Shown here in pieces: positions 48,765 through 58,946 of a DNA stretch of 64,000 nt. Where the stretch lies: positions 3,351-67,350 of the forward strand of contig MGFG01000010.1 in assembly GCA_001791745.1 (NCBI GenBank), in the 5' to 3' direction. The first letter of the stretch is position 1. The number at the start of each line of letters is the position of its first letter. Origin of the DNA: Candidatus Uhrbacteria bacterium RIFOXYC2_FULL_47_19. GTDB lineage: Bacteria; Patescibacteriota; Patescibacteriia; SG8-24. Below the pieces are notes generated by a model that was given only the letters and a program-made list of their open reading frames with translations, was not told the DNA's origin and ran no database searches. The position numbers were made by a program, and so were the translations under genes.

Positions 48765-51020
48765 CTAGATCGAACATAAATAATCTTCCTGACCATTCCG
48801 ATTACAACAGGAATTATTGTCTCCCATCGCGCAATTCCATCCGACACTAGGGAAAAAGCAATTCTGCAACGTATCTTGTATCTGGGCTCCAATAACCGGC
48901 TGATAGACTGGCAAACGTCCAGGCCATGAAACCATTTCTTCCATGGTGTAGCCCATGTCATTAGCGGTAAAGAAACCACGGTGCGTAATCATCATTCGAG
49001 TTACCATTTCATCACCAATCTCTACCGGACCTTCACCCAAATCCATGAAAAAGTAAGGTGGATCCAGCTGGATGTACGGACAGTCCTCGGCCGGATCAGA
49101 ACAGTCTTGATCCAAACTTTTCTTGGCTAATTCCTTAGCACGTAAGGCAATCGTTGTCCGGCCGTCAGAAAAAGCATTCCTAACCTCGTCGTATGCACCA
49201 GTCCGCATCGATCTGACACTCATTATCTTGTCCCATAAAACTGTTATCGGCAGATCGGTCGGAACTCGCGACGGTCCCTCTGGGTGATTCGGATGAAGTG
49301 GATCAACCGGTGGTGCGCTCTTGGGATCGATATCCATAACCGTTGGTGGTCTCAAATCGATCTCCTCACCAACATGATAAATCCATCTGGCTGTATCGTT
49401 GATACCTGCTAGAGCAGCTGGTGGATTATTCCGATTGAAATCAATTCGACGTTCCGCACTCTCTGGACCCTCGGCTGTCTCATTGCCGTTGCCGTCGAAC
49501 GAATTACCAACCATGTCCAACACACCATCCGGACGTGAAGCCTTGGGCGGCTCCGAACTTAAGGTTGCAGCCAAAGCACGTACTCGAATCTCGACGTTAC
49601 GCGGTAGGCAAAAAACTTGATTACCACAAGAATTCTCGGTAATACCCTCACATGGTTCACTAGGTACAAATTCAGCCGTCCGATAACGATTACCAATGTA
49701 AATCTTGCCAGAAATAGAGATGAACGACTCTCCATCACTGAAGTCACAATCCGTGTCCGGCAGACAACGAGCCTTTACCTCTATATTGGTGAATCCGCCG
49801 CCCTCGCCAATAATGCCGCTCACTGTGGTCGGATCAACCGCCTCATTAAAATAGATCTGTAGTAGTTGGTTGCGGGGCACTACGTCCGCCGGTCGACTAG
49901 GATCAATGACTGGTATCGGCACCACCGAGGTTATGTGTGGTGGTGTCAAATCAAGCATGGTTCCAGTCGTAAATGGCCAGAAGTAACCACCATCTGCGTT
50001 CATAGAAGTGAACGCATTTTGCTGATCTGGGTCAGCACTTTCAGTATCACTCGGCGACCAAACCTTGATACCATTGTCCCCTCCCCTAAGCGCTACGCGA
50101 TAGACAACATCAGTGGTTGGACTACCAATCGGAAGTGCCGGAGAGATGGTGATGGTTTGACCTTCAAGTGGATCAAAGGCTGCTGCCACAGCTGTAATTC
50201 GAACTGTGGGAGGTGGATCTACAAGTGCACCTTCATCCGGATATCTAGTATCGAACCGTTCATCTGGGCTGGAACCATCCATCCCCCCCAGTTCGGTTAC
50301 AGCGATAATCTTGAAATTATCGGTATTGAGTTGGAGGACTTCTGGCACCGCACCTCCGTCCACTGTGTCATCAGCGATATCGTAAGTCTCGGCGTCATCG
50401 TAATTACGAAAAACAGTCGACAGAACCAAGGGACGTTTAAAAGTAATCGAAATGTTTGTATTGCGCGGAACATCAATTTGTCCAACTTCCGGATAATGAT
50501 ATTCGATAATGCCATTACCTAACTCACCAGTTGGACCACCATGAGGCATCTCTCCCCATTCACGACCTCTGTCACCGCCCCCGGCACCAGGTACAATCGA
50601 GTGGCCAGTGAGCGCCTGAATAATAAAGGCAGTAATGGAGTAGGCCATGATCATAATGATCAACCCAATGGTCGTATTGGTAATAACCTTCTTAGCTTGA
50701 TCAACCTTAGCTGCGTCTCCCCGAGCAGTCATCCATAGATATCCGGCATAGATGTACAACAAGACAACAATGAATCCGAGTAAGGCAAAAAAGGCATTAA
50801 TCACTCGCCCAACAAAAACTCTTATGTCGGTCGTAGCTAGACCAGTTGCAGTAGCGAAGTCTAAACCAACATCGCTAGTAGTCATTTGTGCCGATACAAC
50901 TTCTGGCAAAAACAAAATCAGTAAAATAAAAGCCACCAAAACCGAGGTTCTGCTGGCATTCCGAATGTGCAACCAAGATCCTATCTTGAGTTGGTTGCGG
51001 GACCCATACCTTCCAAGCAT
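48765..51020 (-). CDS. 751-aa surface protein with N-terminal TrbC/VirB2-like pilin anchor (paralog of giant protein N-terminus)
   Basis: Its N-terminus DVGLDFATATGLATTDIRVFVGRVINAFFALLGFIVVLLYIYAGYLWMTARGDAAKVDQAKKV aligns with the giant protein's DLGLDYATSTGLGTTDIRTIIGNIVNYFLGLLGIVAVLLILYAGFLWMTAQGNEEQVSRAKRV. Confidence 0.6.
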   Translation of the reverse strand: MLGRYGSRNQLKIGSWLHIRNASRTSVLVAFILLILFLPEVVSAQMTTSDVGLDFATATGLATTDIRVFVGRVINAFFALLGFIVVLLYIYAGYLWMTARGDAAKVDQAKKVITNTTIGLIIMIMAYSITAFIIQALTGHSIVPGAGGGDRGREWGEMPHGGPTGELGNGIIEYHYPEVGQIDVPRNTNISITFKRPLVLSTVFRNYDDAETYDIADDTVDGGAVPEVLQLNTDNFKIIAVTELGGMDGSSPDERFDTRYPDEGALVDPPPTVRITAVAAAFDPLEGQTITISPALPIGSPTTDVVYRVALRGGDNGIKVWSPSDTESADPDQQNAFTSMNADGGYFWPFTTGTMLDLTPPHITSVVPIPVIDPSRPADVVPRNQLLQIYFNEAVDPTTVSGIIGEGGGFTNIEVKARCLPDTDCDFSDGESFISISGKIYIGNRYRTAEFVPSEPCEGITENSCGNQVFCLPRNVEIRVRALAATLSSEPPKASRPDGVLDMVGNSFDGNGNETAEGPESAERRIDFNRNNPPAALAGINDTARWIYHVGEEIDLRPPTVMDIDPKSAPPVDPLHPNHPEGPSRVPTDLPITVLWDKIMSVRSMRTGAYDEVRNAFSDGRTTIALRAKELAKKSLDQDCSDPAEDCPYIQLDPPYFFMDLGEGPVEIGDEMVTRMMITHRGFFTANDMGYTMEEMVSWPGRLPVYQPVIGAQIQDTLQNCFFPSVGWNCAMGDNNSCCNRNGQEDYLCSI

Positions 51021-51073
51021 GAAAAGAAGGTCATGTGAAACCTAATTAACTTTTTCAAGTATATACAAAAAGA

Positions 51074-51529
51074 CTACGAAGCGGTACTGGATAACTCCTC
51101 CTTAACTAACTGACTAACTTTTGCACCTGCGGCACGCCCCTTAGTTTCTTTGGTCACACTAGACATTATCTGTCCAAAGTTTGCTGTTCCATCACCAGAA
51201 AAATCAGCGATAACTTTTTTTATTACAGTTCTAATCTCGTCATCAGTTAACTGAGTCGGTTGATATCGAGAAATAATTTCGATCTCTTGTCGAGCCTTGT
51301 CTGCCAAATCAGCACGACCAGCAGATTCGAACGACTCAAGTGAGTCCTTGACCTTCTTAATCTCCTTAGCAATAACATCAACAACATCATCCTCGACCAA
51401 AGCCGACATCTTTTCTATCTCGGCGTTCTTCAGTGCAGCACGAAGCATTCGCAGTACTGAAACTGCGAATGCGTCACGTGCCTTGACCGCACCAATGAAA
51501 TCCTTGTCCATTCGTTCACGGGTGTCCAT
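51074..51529 (-). CDS. yqeY: GatB/YqeY domain protein
   Basis: A ~150 aa protein with the typical YqeY pattern (LKNAEIEK...DEIRTVIKKVIADF...G.A..G.IM). It is adjacent to rpsU, as in Firmicutes. Confidence 0.75.
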   Translation of the reverse strand: MDTRERMDKDFIGAVKARDAFAVSVLRMLRAALKNAEIEKMSALVEDDVVDVIAKEIKKVKDSLESFESAGRADLADKARQEIEIISRYQPTQLTDDEIRTVIKKVIADFSGDGTANFGQIMSSVTKETKGRAAGAKVSQLVKEELSSTAS

Positions 51530-51574
51530 CGGTTTGGCGTTAAATCATTAGGGTCACAAAACGTTGAACCACTA

Positions 51575-51826
51575 TTAGCGGCGACGTTTGGAACGGCGGC
51601 GAAAATCCTCTTCGGTGGCCTGACCGCTCTTGATGAGATACTCGCGCTTTTCACGTAGCTCAGTCCTTCTTAGAGCTGTAGCCTTGGTGGCATTCTTATT
51701 CGGCAGATCGGTATGAAACCTGATCTTTCTAGCCTGTATCATTCGACCACTATCTTGTACACGACGACCGAACCTACGTAGCAAGCTCTCGAAACTCTCC
51801 CCTTTTTTACGTTTTACTTCAATCAC
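51575..51826 (-). CDS. rpsU: 30S ribosomal protein S21
   Basis: MIEVKRKKGESFESLLRRFGRRVQDSGRMIQARKIRFH is an S21 pattern. Confidence 0.85.
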   Translation of the reverse strand: MIEVKRKKGESFESLLRRFGRRVQDSGRMIQARKIRFHTDLPNKNATKATALRRTELREKREYLIKSGQATEEDFRRRSKRRR

Positions 51827-51934
51827 GGAAACTCACCCCCCTTTCAATTAAGGATGTCTATAATTCGCCCCTCCTTGCCGGGCAAGGCTACACTAAACAA
51901 CCATTTGCGTCAAACAGGGGCACTTGGAGGTATA

Positions 51935-53347
51935 TTAGCCTCGACCAATCTTCTTTTTTAGCTCACTAACCGCTTTTTTGCTGTCAACTATCTCTTGCAT
52001 ACCGGATTCCATGTCCCGCACCAAGATAGTTCCATCGATTACTTCCTGCTGACCGAGAATTACTGTATAGCGAGCCCCTAACCGATTGGCAATCTCTAAC
52101 TGAGATTTGAGAGATCCTTTAGTGAAGTTGCCAGCCAGCCTGATACCAGCGACCCTCAACTCTTCAAACAGAACAAAAGCTTTACGTCGAGCATTGTCAC
52201 CTAACTGTGCCAAAAAGACATCCGGAGTATCGTTCTGCGATGGCTCAATCTCTTGAGACTTCATTTGAAGAATGGCCCGCTCTAATCCGATTCCAAAACC
52301 ACAGGCTGGGGTTGGACGCCCACCCAACTGCTCCACGAGACCATCGTAGCGCCCACCACCTCCTAAGGCTGTCTTAGTTTCCCCCTCTTCTGGCAATAAC
52401 TCAAAAACAGTCCTGGTGTAATAATCGAAACCACGCACTAAATGTGGGTCCAATACGTAAGGCACTTGCAAATCATCGAGATATTCCAAAACTTTCATCA
52501 GATGTTCCTTACAGGCTTCATCGAGCGAATCAAGAATCTGTGGGGCCTCTTCTTTGAGTGCGCTACATCCATCCTCTTTGCAATCCAATAGTCTCAGTGG
52601 ATTCTTAGAAATCCGCCGTTTACAATCTTCGCATAACTGTGACCTCTTGGATCGATAGTAAGCGACGAGCTCCTCTCGATATCTGGGACGACAGTCAGAG
52701 CAACCAAGGCTATTAACATGAACTACCGAACTAACACCAATGCCTCGGTAAAACAAGTGCGCGAGTAACATAATCTCAGCATCAAGCACTGGATTTTCAT
52801 CACCAAAAACCTCCACTCCAAATTGATTATGCTGACGAAATCTTCCTTGTTGTGGACGCTCATACCTAAACATCGGACCAAGGTAATAAAGCTTGACCGG
52901 CTGAGGTAAGCTGAACATCCCATGATTAATATAAGATCGAACCACTGGCGCTGTACCCTCGGGTCGAAGTGTTACATTGTCACCACCACGATCGATAAAC
53001 GAAAACATTTCCTTTTCCACTACATCAGTTTGAACACCGACTGATCGAACAAAGAGCGGAGTACTTTCTAAGATAGGAGTCTCTATTCGCTCAAATCCAT
53101 AAGCTTCGGCCAAATCCTCAGCAGTGTGTCTAATCTGCCGCCAGAACTTCTGTTCTGCAGGTAGCACATCCTTCATACCACGCAACACCTGAGGAACTCC
53201 CTTGGTTCTGATTACCGGCTTTTCTTCGACGACTGGTGGGGCTGGTCTATTATTCCTACTCGCTGCCCTAGGTGACACCTTTTTCTCTACTTGCTTTCTA
53301 ACAATAGACGATTTACCTACTGTTACAATTTTTTTCTTAAAAACCAT
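51935..53347 (-). CDS. hisS: histidine--tRNA ligase (with ~55-aa K/R-rich N-terminal extension if ATG at 53347 is used)
   Basis: RGMKDVLP, ETPILESTPLF, DVVEKEMFSFIDRGGDNVTLRPEGTAPVVR, YLGPMFRYERPQQGRFRQHNQFGVEVFG. Class II motifs 1-3 and a C-terminal anticodon-binding domain are present. Confidence 0.9.
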   Translation of the reverse strand: MVFKKKIVTVGKSSIVRKQVEKKVSPRAASRNNRPAPPVVEEKPVIRTKGVPQVLRGMKDVLPAEQKFWRQIRHTAEDLAEAYGFERIETPILESTPLFVRSVGVQTDVVEKEMFSFIDRGGDNVTLRPEGTAPVVRSYINHGMFSLPQPVKLYYLGPMFRYERPQQGRFRQHNQFGVEVFGDENPVLDAEIMLLAHLFYRGIGVSSVVHVNSLGCSDCRPRYREELVAYYRSKRSQLCEDCKRRISKNPLRLLDCKEDGCSALKEEAPQILDSLDEACKEHLMKVLEYLDDLQVPYVLDPHLVRGFDYYTRTVFELLPEEGETKTALGGGGRYDGLVEQLGGRPTPACGFGIGLERAILQMKSQEIEPSQNDTPDVFLAQLGDNARRKAFVLFEELRVAGIRLAGNFTKGSLKSQLEIANRLGARYTVILGQQEVIDGTILVRDMESGMQEIVDSKKAVSELKKKIGRG

Positions 53348-53417
53348 AGTGGAAAAAATAATTCAACATTACCTCTGATGATGTTGTTATTAACAAACCA
53401 TCCGTCTCAAAGACGAA

Positions 53418-54077
53418 TCAATTAGACATGTCATTATTAGTTGTGATCTCGTGATAAACATCTCCAGAAAAGACCACAATCCTATTCAATGGCCAGCCCC
53501 TGAGCATCACACGTCCAATGATCAATCGCTTGGAGACAGGACCAAATATTCTAGAATCCATGCTGGCGGCCCGATTGTCTCCCATTAAATAGTACTCATC
53601 ATCAGAGAGAGTTAAGTCCTTATCACCAGAAGTAAAAGTAGCTCCAATGTAACCACTCTCATCTAAAAGGAATCCTTCGGGATGATCCTGATTTAGGATA
53701 CGTAATCCACCTCCAGAGATAACAATACGTTCCCCCGGCAGAGCTACAATACGCTTAATAAAGAACTGGCTTGGATCGTCCGGATATCTAAAGACGACAA
53801 TATCTCCCCGTTGTGGCTCATGGAAACGATAACTGATCTCGTCAATAATGAGATACTCATGGTCATAAAAATTCGGCTCCATCGAGGCTCCCTTCACATA
53901 AAAGGGTTGGATCAAAAAATAACGAATGGGAAGAATGATAGCTAAAGAGATAACTACAACATGCAGTAGTTCTCCAACAAAACCAAAAAACCTCTTCAGC
54001 GGGCTGACAGGCCTCTTGCTGTCTACTTCCCCATTGCCGGAGAGGCCGTCCGGACCGACGATATTCGGATCCAACAT
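53418..54077 (-). CDS. lepB: signal peptidase I (S26 family)
   Basis: GASMEPNF (Ser nucleophile box), GDIVVFRYP, KRIVALPGERIVI (Lys box), GDNRAASMDSR. Confidence 0.9.
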   Translation of the reverse strand: MLDPNIVGPDGLSGNGEVDSKRPVSPLKRFFGFVGELLHVVVISLAIILPIRYFLIQPFYVKGASMEPNFYDHEYLIIDEISYRFHEPQRGDIVVFRYPDDPSQFFIKRIVALPGERIVISGGGLRILNQDHPEGFLLDESGYIGATFTSGDKDLTLSDDEYYLMGDNRAASMDSRIFGPVSKRLIIGRVMLRGWPLNRIVVFSGDVYHEITTNNDMSN

Positions 54078-54166
54078 AACTTAGGAAGGAAATCACAATC
54101 GCTTGCTGTTCGGACAAATGCTTTCTGGCACTGGACGACTGAGCATGCAAACCTTATGTATCTGGA

Positions 54167-54243
54167 TGGTGGACGATGGTGGTCTCGAACCACCGACCTC
54201 TGTCGTGTGAGGACAGCGCTCTAACCAACTGAGCTAATCGTCC
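54167..54243 (-). tRNA. tRNA-Val (anticodon CAC)
   Basis: The reverse complement GGACGAUUAGCUCAGUUGGUUAGAGCGCUGUCCUCACACGACAGAGGUCGGUGGUUCGAGACCACCAUCGUCCACCA folds as a cloverleaf with anticodon CAC. Confidence 0.85.
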
Positions 54244-54501
54244 ATCTCTCTAAAAACCGCTTTTTGCCTATATAGACAGGCAAAGCAAGGCCAATATAGC
54301 ACAATTGAACGCTTTTGCAAATGATCAGACCAAGTCCGTTTTACCTTATCACTTAATCCTGAAACCTCGAGTCCTCGACTAGATTTCCTCTTCGTTCTAC
54401 ACTTACCGAAGCAACTTTGCAGTCTATCTTAGATTAAGAGACTGAACTATAAAAAACAGTCTAGTAGACCGTCGAGAAAATCCAATATTAAGACAAAAAA
54501 G

Positions 54502-55920
54502 ATGGCAAACCTGCCAACAGTAAATTTACTCAAAGGAAAGGATGCCTCAACACCCTTCAGACAAGCCGGCGAAAAACCGGTCAGATTTTTTATATCTCCG
54601 ATTACTATAGCTATAGTTTTTATCTTAGCTTTTCTATTGGGCCGAGCTTCTGGATCGGAAGCTGCTTCGTTTGCCTTAAACGGACTTGGACAACTGCCAT
54701 TTCTGGGTGGAGTACGCCATTTAATCAGTAGTCCGGATCGTAAACTACTAGGAGAAGCTGATGGTCGCATCAACATCTTACTAATCGGCATGGGTGGAGA
54801 GGGGCATGATGGACCAAACCTCACCGATACGTTGATTGTGGCCAGTATTCGACCATCCGACGGTCAAGTTGCCATGTTATCCATTCCCCGCGACCTACTG
54901 GTATCAATTCAAGGCTACGGCTGGAAAAAAATTAATTCGGTCAACGCCTACGGTGAAGCACAAGATCCTGGCCACGGTGGAGACCTGATTAGAACCACTG
55001 CCGAAGGGCTGCTAGGCATTGACATTCCGTACTATGTACGTATAGACTTCGATGGCTTTCGGTCAGTAATCGACGCTGTAGGTGGTATCGATGTCTATGT
55101 CGAACGCGCTTTCACTGATGGCAGCTATCCAACCTACAGCCACGGACTACAAATAGTGTCGTTCCAACAAGGCTGGCAACACCTAGATGGTGAATCGGCA
55201 CTGCGATTCGCACGCTCACGTCACGGCAACAACGACGAAGGCAGCGACTTTGCTAGATCAAAAAGACAGCAAAAGGTGCTGACGGCACTCAAGGACAAAA
55301 TGATGTCCTACAAAACATTAAGTAGTCCTTCGGCTGTAGCTAATACCTTGTCAGCTTTACAGGCCAATGTGACGACTAACCTAGATGTTGGTGAGATTCT
55401 CCGACTAGCTCGACTAGCTCAAGATATTGATCGTGAAAACATCAAACACGAAGTGTTAGACAATCGTCCTGAGTCAGTTCTAGTAGACAGTGTAGTTGGT
55501 GGAGCTTATGTTCTTCTACCAAAAAATAACGACTGGAATGAGCTGCGAAATGTTGCCTCCAATCTTTTTGAACTAGCCGAACCACCAAGTCAAGAGGAAT
55601 TGCTATCTATATCGAACAATGGTCAGCAAGTCGATAATGTGGCGAGTGTTGAGATTAGAAATGGCAACGGAGAAGTAGGAGGAGCGCGCGATACAGCTGT
55701 CGAACTAAAAAAATACGGTTTTCGCGTAATTAGAATCGGCAATGCTGATTCTTTCGATTACACTCGAACAATCGTTTACGACCTTAAGAATGGAAGCTCG
55801 GCCAACACTGAACGATTACAAAAAATAATTCCGGACGTCGATATCAGAAAACCTAGTAATGAAATTCTAGCTACAGTCGACACCGACACCGACTACCTGA
55901 TCATCCTCGGACAAGATTGA
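54502..55920 (+). CDS. LytR-CpsA-Psr (LCP) family cell-wall glycopolymer transferase with C-terminal LytR_C-like domain
   Basis: N-terminal TM. The LCP core reads RINILLIGMGGEG...NLTDTLIVASI...AMLSIPRDLLV...INSVNAYG. Confidence 0.8.
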   Translation: MANLPTVNLLKGKDASTPFRQAGEKPVRFFISPITIAIVFILAFLLGRASGSEAASFALNGLGQLPFLGGVRHLISSPDRKLLGEADGRINILLIGMGGEGHDGPNLTDTLIVASIRPSDGQVAMLSIPRDLLVSIQGYGWKKINSVNAYGEAQDPGHGGDLIRTTAEGLLGIDIPYYVRIDFDGFRSVIDAVGGIDVYVERAFTDGSYPTYSHGLQIVSFQQGWQHLDGESALRFARSRHGNNDEGSDFARSKRQQKVLTALKDKMMSYKTLSSPSAVANTLSALQANVTTNLDVGEILRLARLAQDIDRENIKHEVLDNRPESVLVDSVVGGAYVLLPKNNDWNELRNVASNLFELAEPPSQEELLSISNNGQQVDNVASVEIRNGNGEVGGARDTAVELKKYGFRVIRIGNADSFDYTRTIVYDLKNGSSANTERLQKIIPDVDIRKPSNEILATVDTDTDYLIILGQD

Positions 55921-55924
55921 AATC

Positions 55925-57307
55925 ATGAACCAGTTACCAAAACTCACACCAATCGTCGCCCTCGTGGGACGAGCCAACGTCGGCAAGTCCACTCTTTTTA
56001 ATCGTCTCATAGAAAAACGAAAAGCAATTACATCTTCGGTCTCCGGTACCACGCAAGATATCAATTTCGGACACTGCCATTGGCGTGAAGAGATACTGAC
56101 AATCATCGACACTGCCGGTCTGGATCTAACATCAAAAGCGGCTACCGAAGCACAACTGCTTCGACAAGCTAAATCTGGCATGAGTAAATCCGATCTCATT
56201 GTCATGTTGGTTGACGCCAACGACGGACCAATGCCACAAGATATTGCACTAGCAAAATATCTCCGCAAATCAGACAAAAAAGTACTTCTCATTGTTAATA
56301 AGGCCGATAATCCAAGAATGCGCTCAAAGGCCAAAGGTGAGGCCTGGCTCAAGCTTGGTTTGGGTGCACCCAGAGCTGTCTCGGCTATCAACGGATCGGG
56401 TGTCGGCGACCTATTGGAAGAGATCTTGGAATACATGACTAGTCAAGGATTGACCAGTCGACCACTTCCAGAACCAGAAGTACGCATCGCTCTAATCGGA
56501 CGCCCAAATGTAGGCAAATCCTCGCTATTAAACGCACTAGCCGGTGAAGAACGAGTTATCGTCAGTGAGATACCACATACTACCAGAGAGCCACAAGACA
56601 CCATGCTCACCTACACTGAGCCGGATGGAACTGAACATCACATTTTACTGGTTGATACTGTCGGCATTCGCAAAAAGGCCAAGGTTCAACCTGGACTCGA
56701 ACGGGTTGGAGTCAGCATGAGCATTAACGAAATGATCGAAGCTGATATTGCTTTCCTAATGATTGATGCTACCGAAGGAATCGACGCACAAGAACGCAAA
56801 CTAGCTGGATTGATTGAACGAAAAAATGTCGGTGTGCTTATTGTGGTTAATAAGTGGGACTTGGCACCAAATAGTGAGTTAGGTACAGCGGACGAATATC
56901 GAAAATATGTAGCGACAGAACTACCATTCTATAAATTCGCCCCGGTAGCCTACATCTCTGCCAAAACCGGAGATAGAGTTGGTAAACTGATCAACTTGGC
57001 ACTCGAAATCTCTAAACAACGAAATCGAGAAATACCACAATCTGAACTCGATACTTTCGTTGAGATGTTGAAAAAGAAGCATCATGCAATTCTTGGATCA
57101 AAAAAAGACAGTAATCGTCCGAAAATTTATGGAATGATCCAAATTGGAACCAAACCGCCAACTTTTCTAGTTATCGCCAAGAAAAAAGAGACAATGCATC
57201 CAAGCTTCTTAAACTTCATTGAGAATAGACTGCGAGAAGAGTTTGGTTTTGCTGGTACACCAATTGCAGTTGTGTCTCGAGAGATACGTTCCAAATCAAA
57301 AAGATAA
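55925..57307 (+). CDS. der: ribosome-biogenesis GTPase Der (EngA), tandem GTPase domains + KH-like
   Basis: Two G domains (GRANVGKSTLFNRL ... DTAG; GRPNVGKSSLLNAL ... DTVG) and a C-terminal KH-like domain. Confidence 0.9.
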   Translation: MNQLPKLTPIVALVGRANVGKSTLFNRLIEKRKAITSSVSGTTQDINFGHCHWREEILTIIDTAGLDLTSKAATEAQLLRQAKSGMSKSDLIVMLVDANDGPMPQDIALAKYLRKSDKKVLLIVNKADNPRMRSKAKGEAWLKLGLGAPRAVSAINGSGVGDLLEEILEYMTSQGLTSRPLPEPEVRIALIGRPNVGKSSLLNALAGEERVIVSEIPHTTREPQDTMLTYTEPDGTEHHILLVDTVGIRKKAKVQPGLERVGVSMSINEMIEADIAFLMIDATEGIDAQERKLAGLIERKNVGVLIVVNKWDLAPNSELGTADEYRKYVATELPFYKFAPVAYISAKTGDRVGKLINLALEISKQRNREIPQSELDTFVEMLKKKHHAILGSKKDSNRPKIYGMIQIGTKPPTFLVIAKKKETMHPSFLNFIENRLREEFGFAGTPIAVVSREIRSKSKR

Positions 57308-57316
57308 TCGCTAAAT

Positions 57317-57883
57317 ATGAGATTGATCGTCGGACTCGGCAATCCCGGAGAAAAGTATGAGCGCACCCGTCACAACGCCGGGTTTATGGCGGTTCAAACT
57401 TTTCACCGACGACACAACAATCAATTTGACGATTGGAAAGAAAAATTTCAAGCATTGATCTCTGAAGGACGTATCGGAAAAGAGAAGGTGGTTTTGGTTC
57501 TACCTCAAACTTTCATGAATGAATCCGGACGAGCAGTACAAGAAATGGCGAATTTTTGGAAGATTGAGCCGACAAATATTGTTGTTGTGCTCGATGACTT
57601 TTCTCTACCATTCAGCGCACTACGTCTACGTCGCGAGGGATCAGCTGGTGGACACAATGGACTCAAGTCAATTATTGAAGCTATGTCCACTGAGGAAGTA
57701 CCACGCTTACGTCTAGGTATCGGCAATATCCAAATGTATAAAATTCCAGCTGAAAAATTTGTACTAGAAAAATTCAATGCAATAGAAGAATCAGATCTGA
57801 ATGATGTACTAGAACGAACAACAGATGTAATAGAAGTAATACTAGCTGACGGTCTAGATACTGCCATGAATGAATTCAACTAG
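57317..57883 (+). CDS. pth: peptidyl-tRNA hydrolase
   Basis: MRLIVGLGNPGEKYERTRHNAGF ... GHNGLKSI matches Pth motifs. Confidence 0.9.
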   Translation: MRLIVGLGNPGEKYERTRHNAGFMAVQTFHRRHNNQFDDWKEKFQALISEGRIGKEKVVLVLPQTFMNESGRAVQEMANFWKIEPTNIVVVLDDFSLPFSALRLRREGSAGGHNGLKSIIEAMSTEEVPRLRLGIGNIQMYKIPAEKFVLEKFNAIEESDLNDVLERTTDVIEVILADGLDTAMNEFN

Positions 57884-57946
57884 AAAAAGCGCCGAGCTGC
57901 AGAGCTCGACGTTTTTGTTTACCTAAAAACTTTAACTCTCACAAAT

Positions 57947-58846
57947 TTGACAACAAAGGCTATGAAAGTTACGGTCGGCCACGTTATGGACAAAATCAAA
58001 GAAATAAAACGGACAGATGATAACTTCCCTGTTCAACTTAGGCACATCTCTGGCTGTCCGGAGCGTTTATTTGTACGTGGACAAATCAAATCTTTGACTC
58101 AACAACCACTTATAGCAGTAGTCGGCACACGACGAATGACAAACTATGGCGAAGCAGTAATTAGACGGTTTGTACCGACCTGGGTGCGACATGGTATTGG
58201 CATCGTCAGTGGACTAGCACTTGGTACCGATGCTCTGGTGCATTTGGCAACACTAGAGGCTAATGGTCTAACCATTGGTATTCTAGGTTCAGGCGTAGAT
58301 CAAAAATCGGTCACTCCACGCACTAACAGTCGATTAGCCGAACGCATTATCTCTTCTGGTGGAGCCCTAGCCTCTGAATATCCCGACGGTACTCAACCTC
58401 AGCCATATCACTTTCCGGCACGCAACCGAATCGTGGCTGGATTAACACTCGCCACAGTCGTCATTGAAGCCCCGATCAAATCTGGTGCACTGATTACAGC
58501 CAAGTTTGCCTTAGATTTTGGCCAAGAAGTTTTTGCTGTACCTGGACCAATCACCGTAGAAACCAGTCGTGGTACCAATTGGCTAATCGCTCAAGGAGCA
58601 CATCCTCTACTCGAACCAGAGGATCTGCTTGAGGTATTAGGTATCGAAAAAATTCCGACTAGGCAGATATTACCTCCAAACGTCCAAGATGGCAGATTGC
58701 TCAACATTGTCCGTTTGGGATCAACTACACCAGATGAACTAGCCGAACGATCAGGACTTGACATTGGGCAGGTTCTAGTGGCATTGTCCGAACTCGAGGT
58801 CGCTGGACTAGTCAGTCGTACCGGTGACAAATTCACTGCCAATTGA
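57947..58846 (+). CDS. dprA: DNA processing protein DprA (Smf)
   Basis: Rossmann-like DprA core IAVVGTRRMTNYGEAVIRRF...GIVSGLALGTDALVH...VIEAPIKSGALITA plus a C-terminal winged helix. Confidence 0.8.
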   Translation: MTTKAMKVTVGHVMDKIKEIKRTDDNFPVQLRHISGCPERLFVRGQIKSLTQQPLIAVVGTRRMTNYGEAVIRRFVPTWVRHGIGIVSGLALGTDALVHLATLEANGLTIGILGSGVDQKSVTPRTNSRLAERIISSGGALASEYPDGTQPQPYHFPARNRIVAGLTLATVVIEAPIKSGALITAKFALDFGQEVFAVPGPITVETSRGTNWLIAQGAHPLLEPEDLLEVLGIEKIPTRQILPPNVQDGRLLNIVRLGSTTPDELAERSGLDIGQVLVALSELEVAGLVSRTGDKFTAN

Positions 58847-58946
58847 CAGTCCAAGCAAACGACCGTTACCCTAAAGCCTAACGTCAAGAGTAAAATTAAG
58901 ATGATTAAGATATAGAAGATTACTCCATCCCCGAACGACCATTGCT

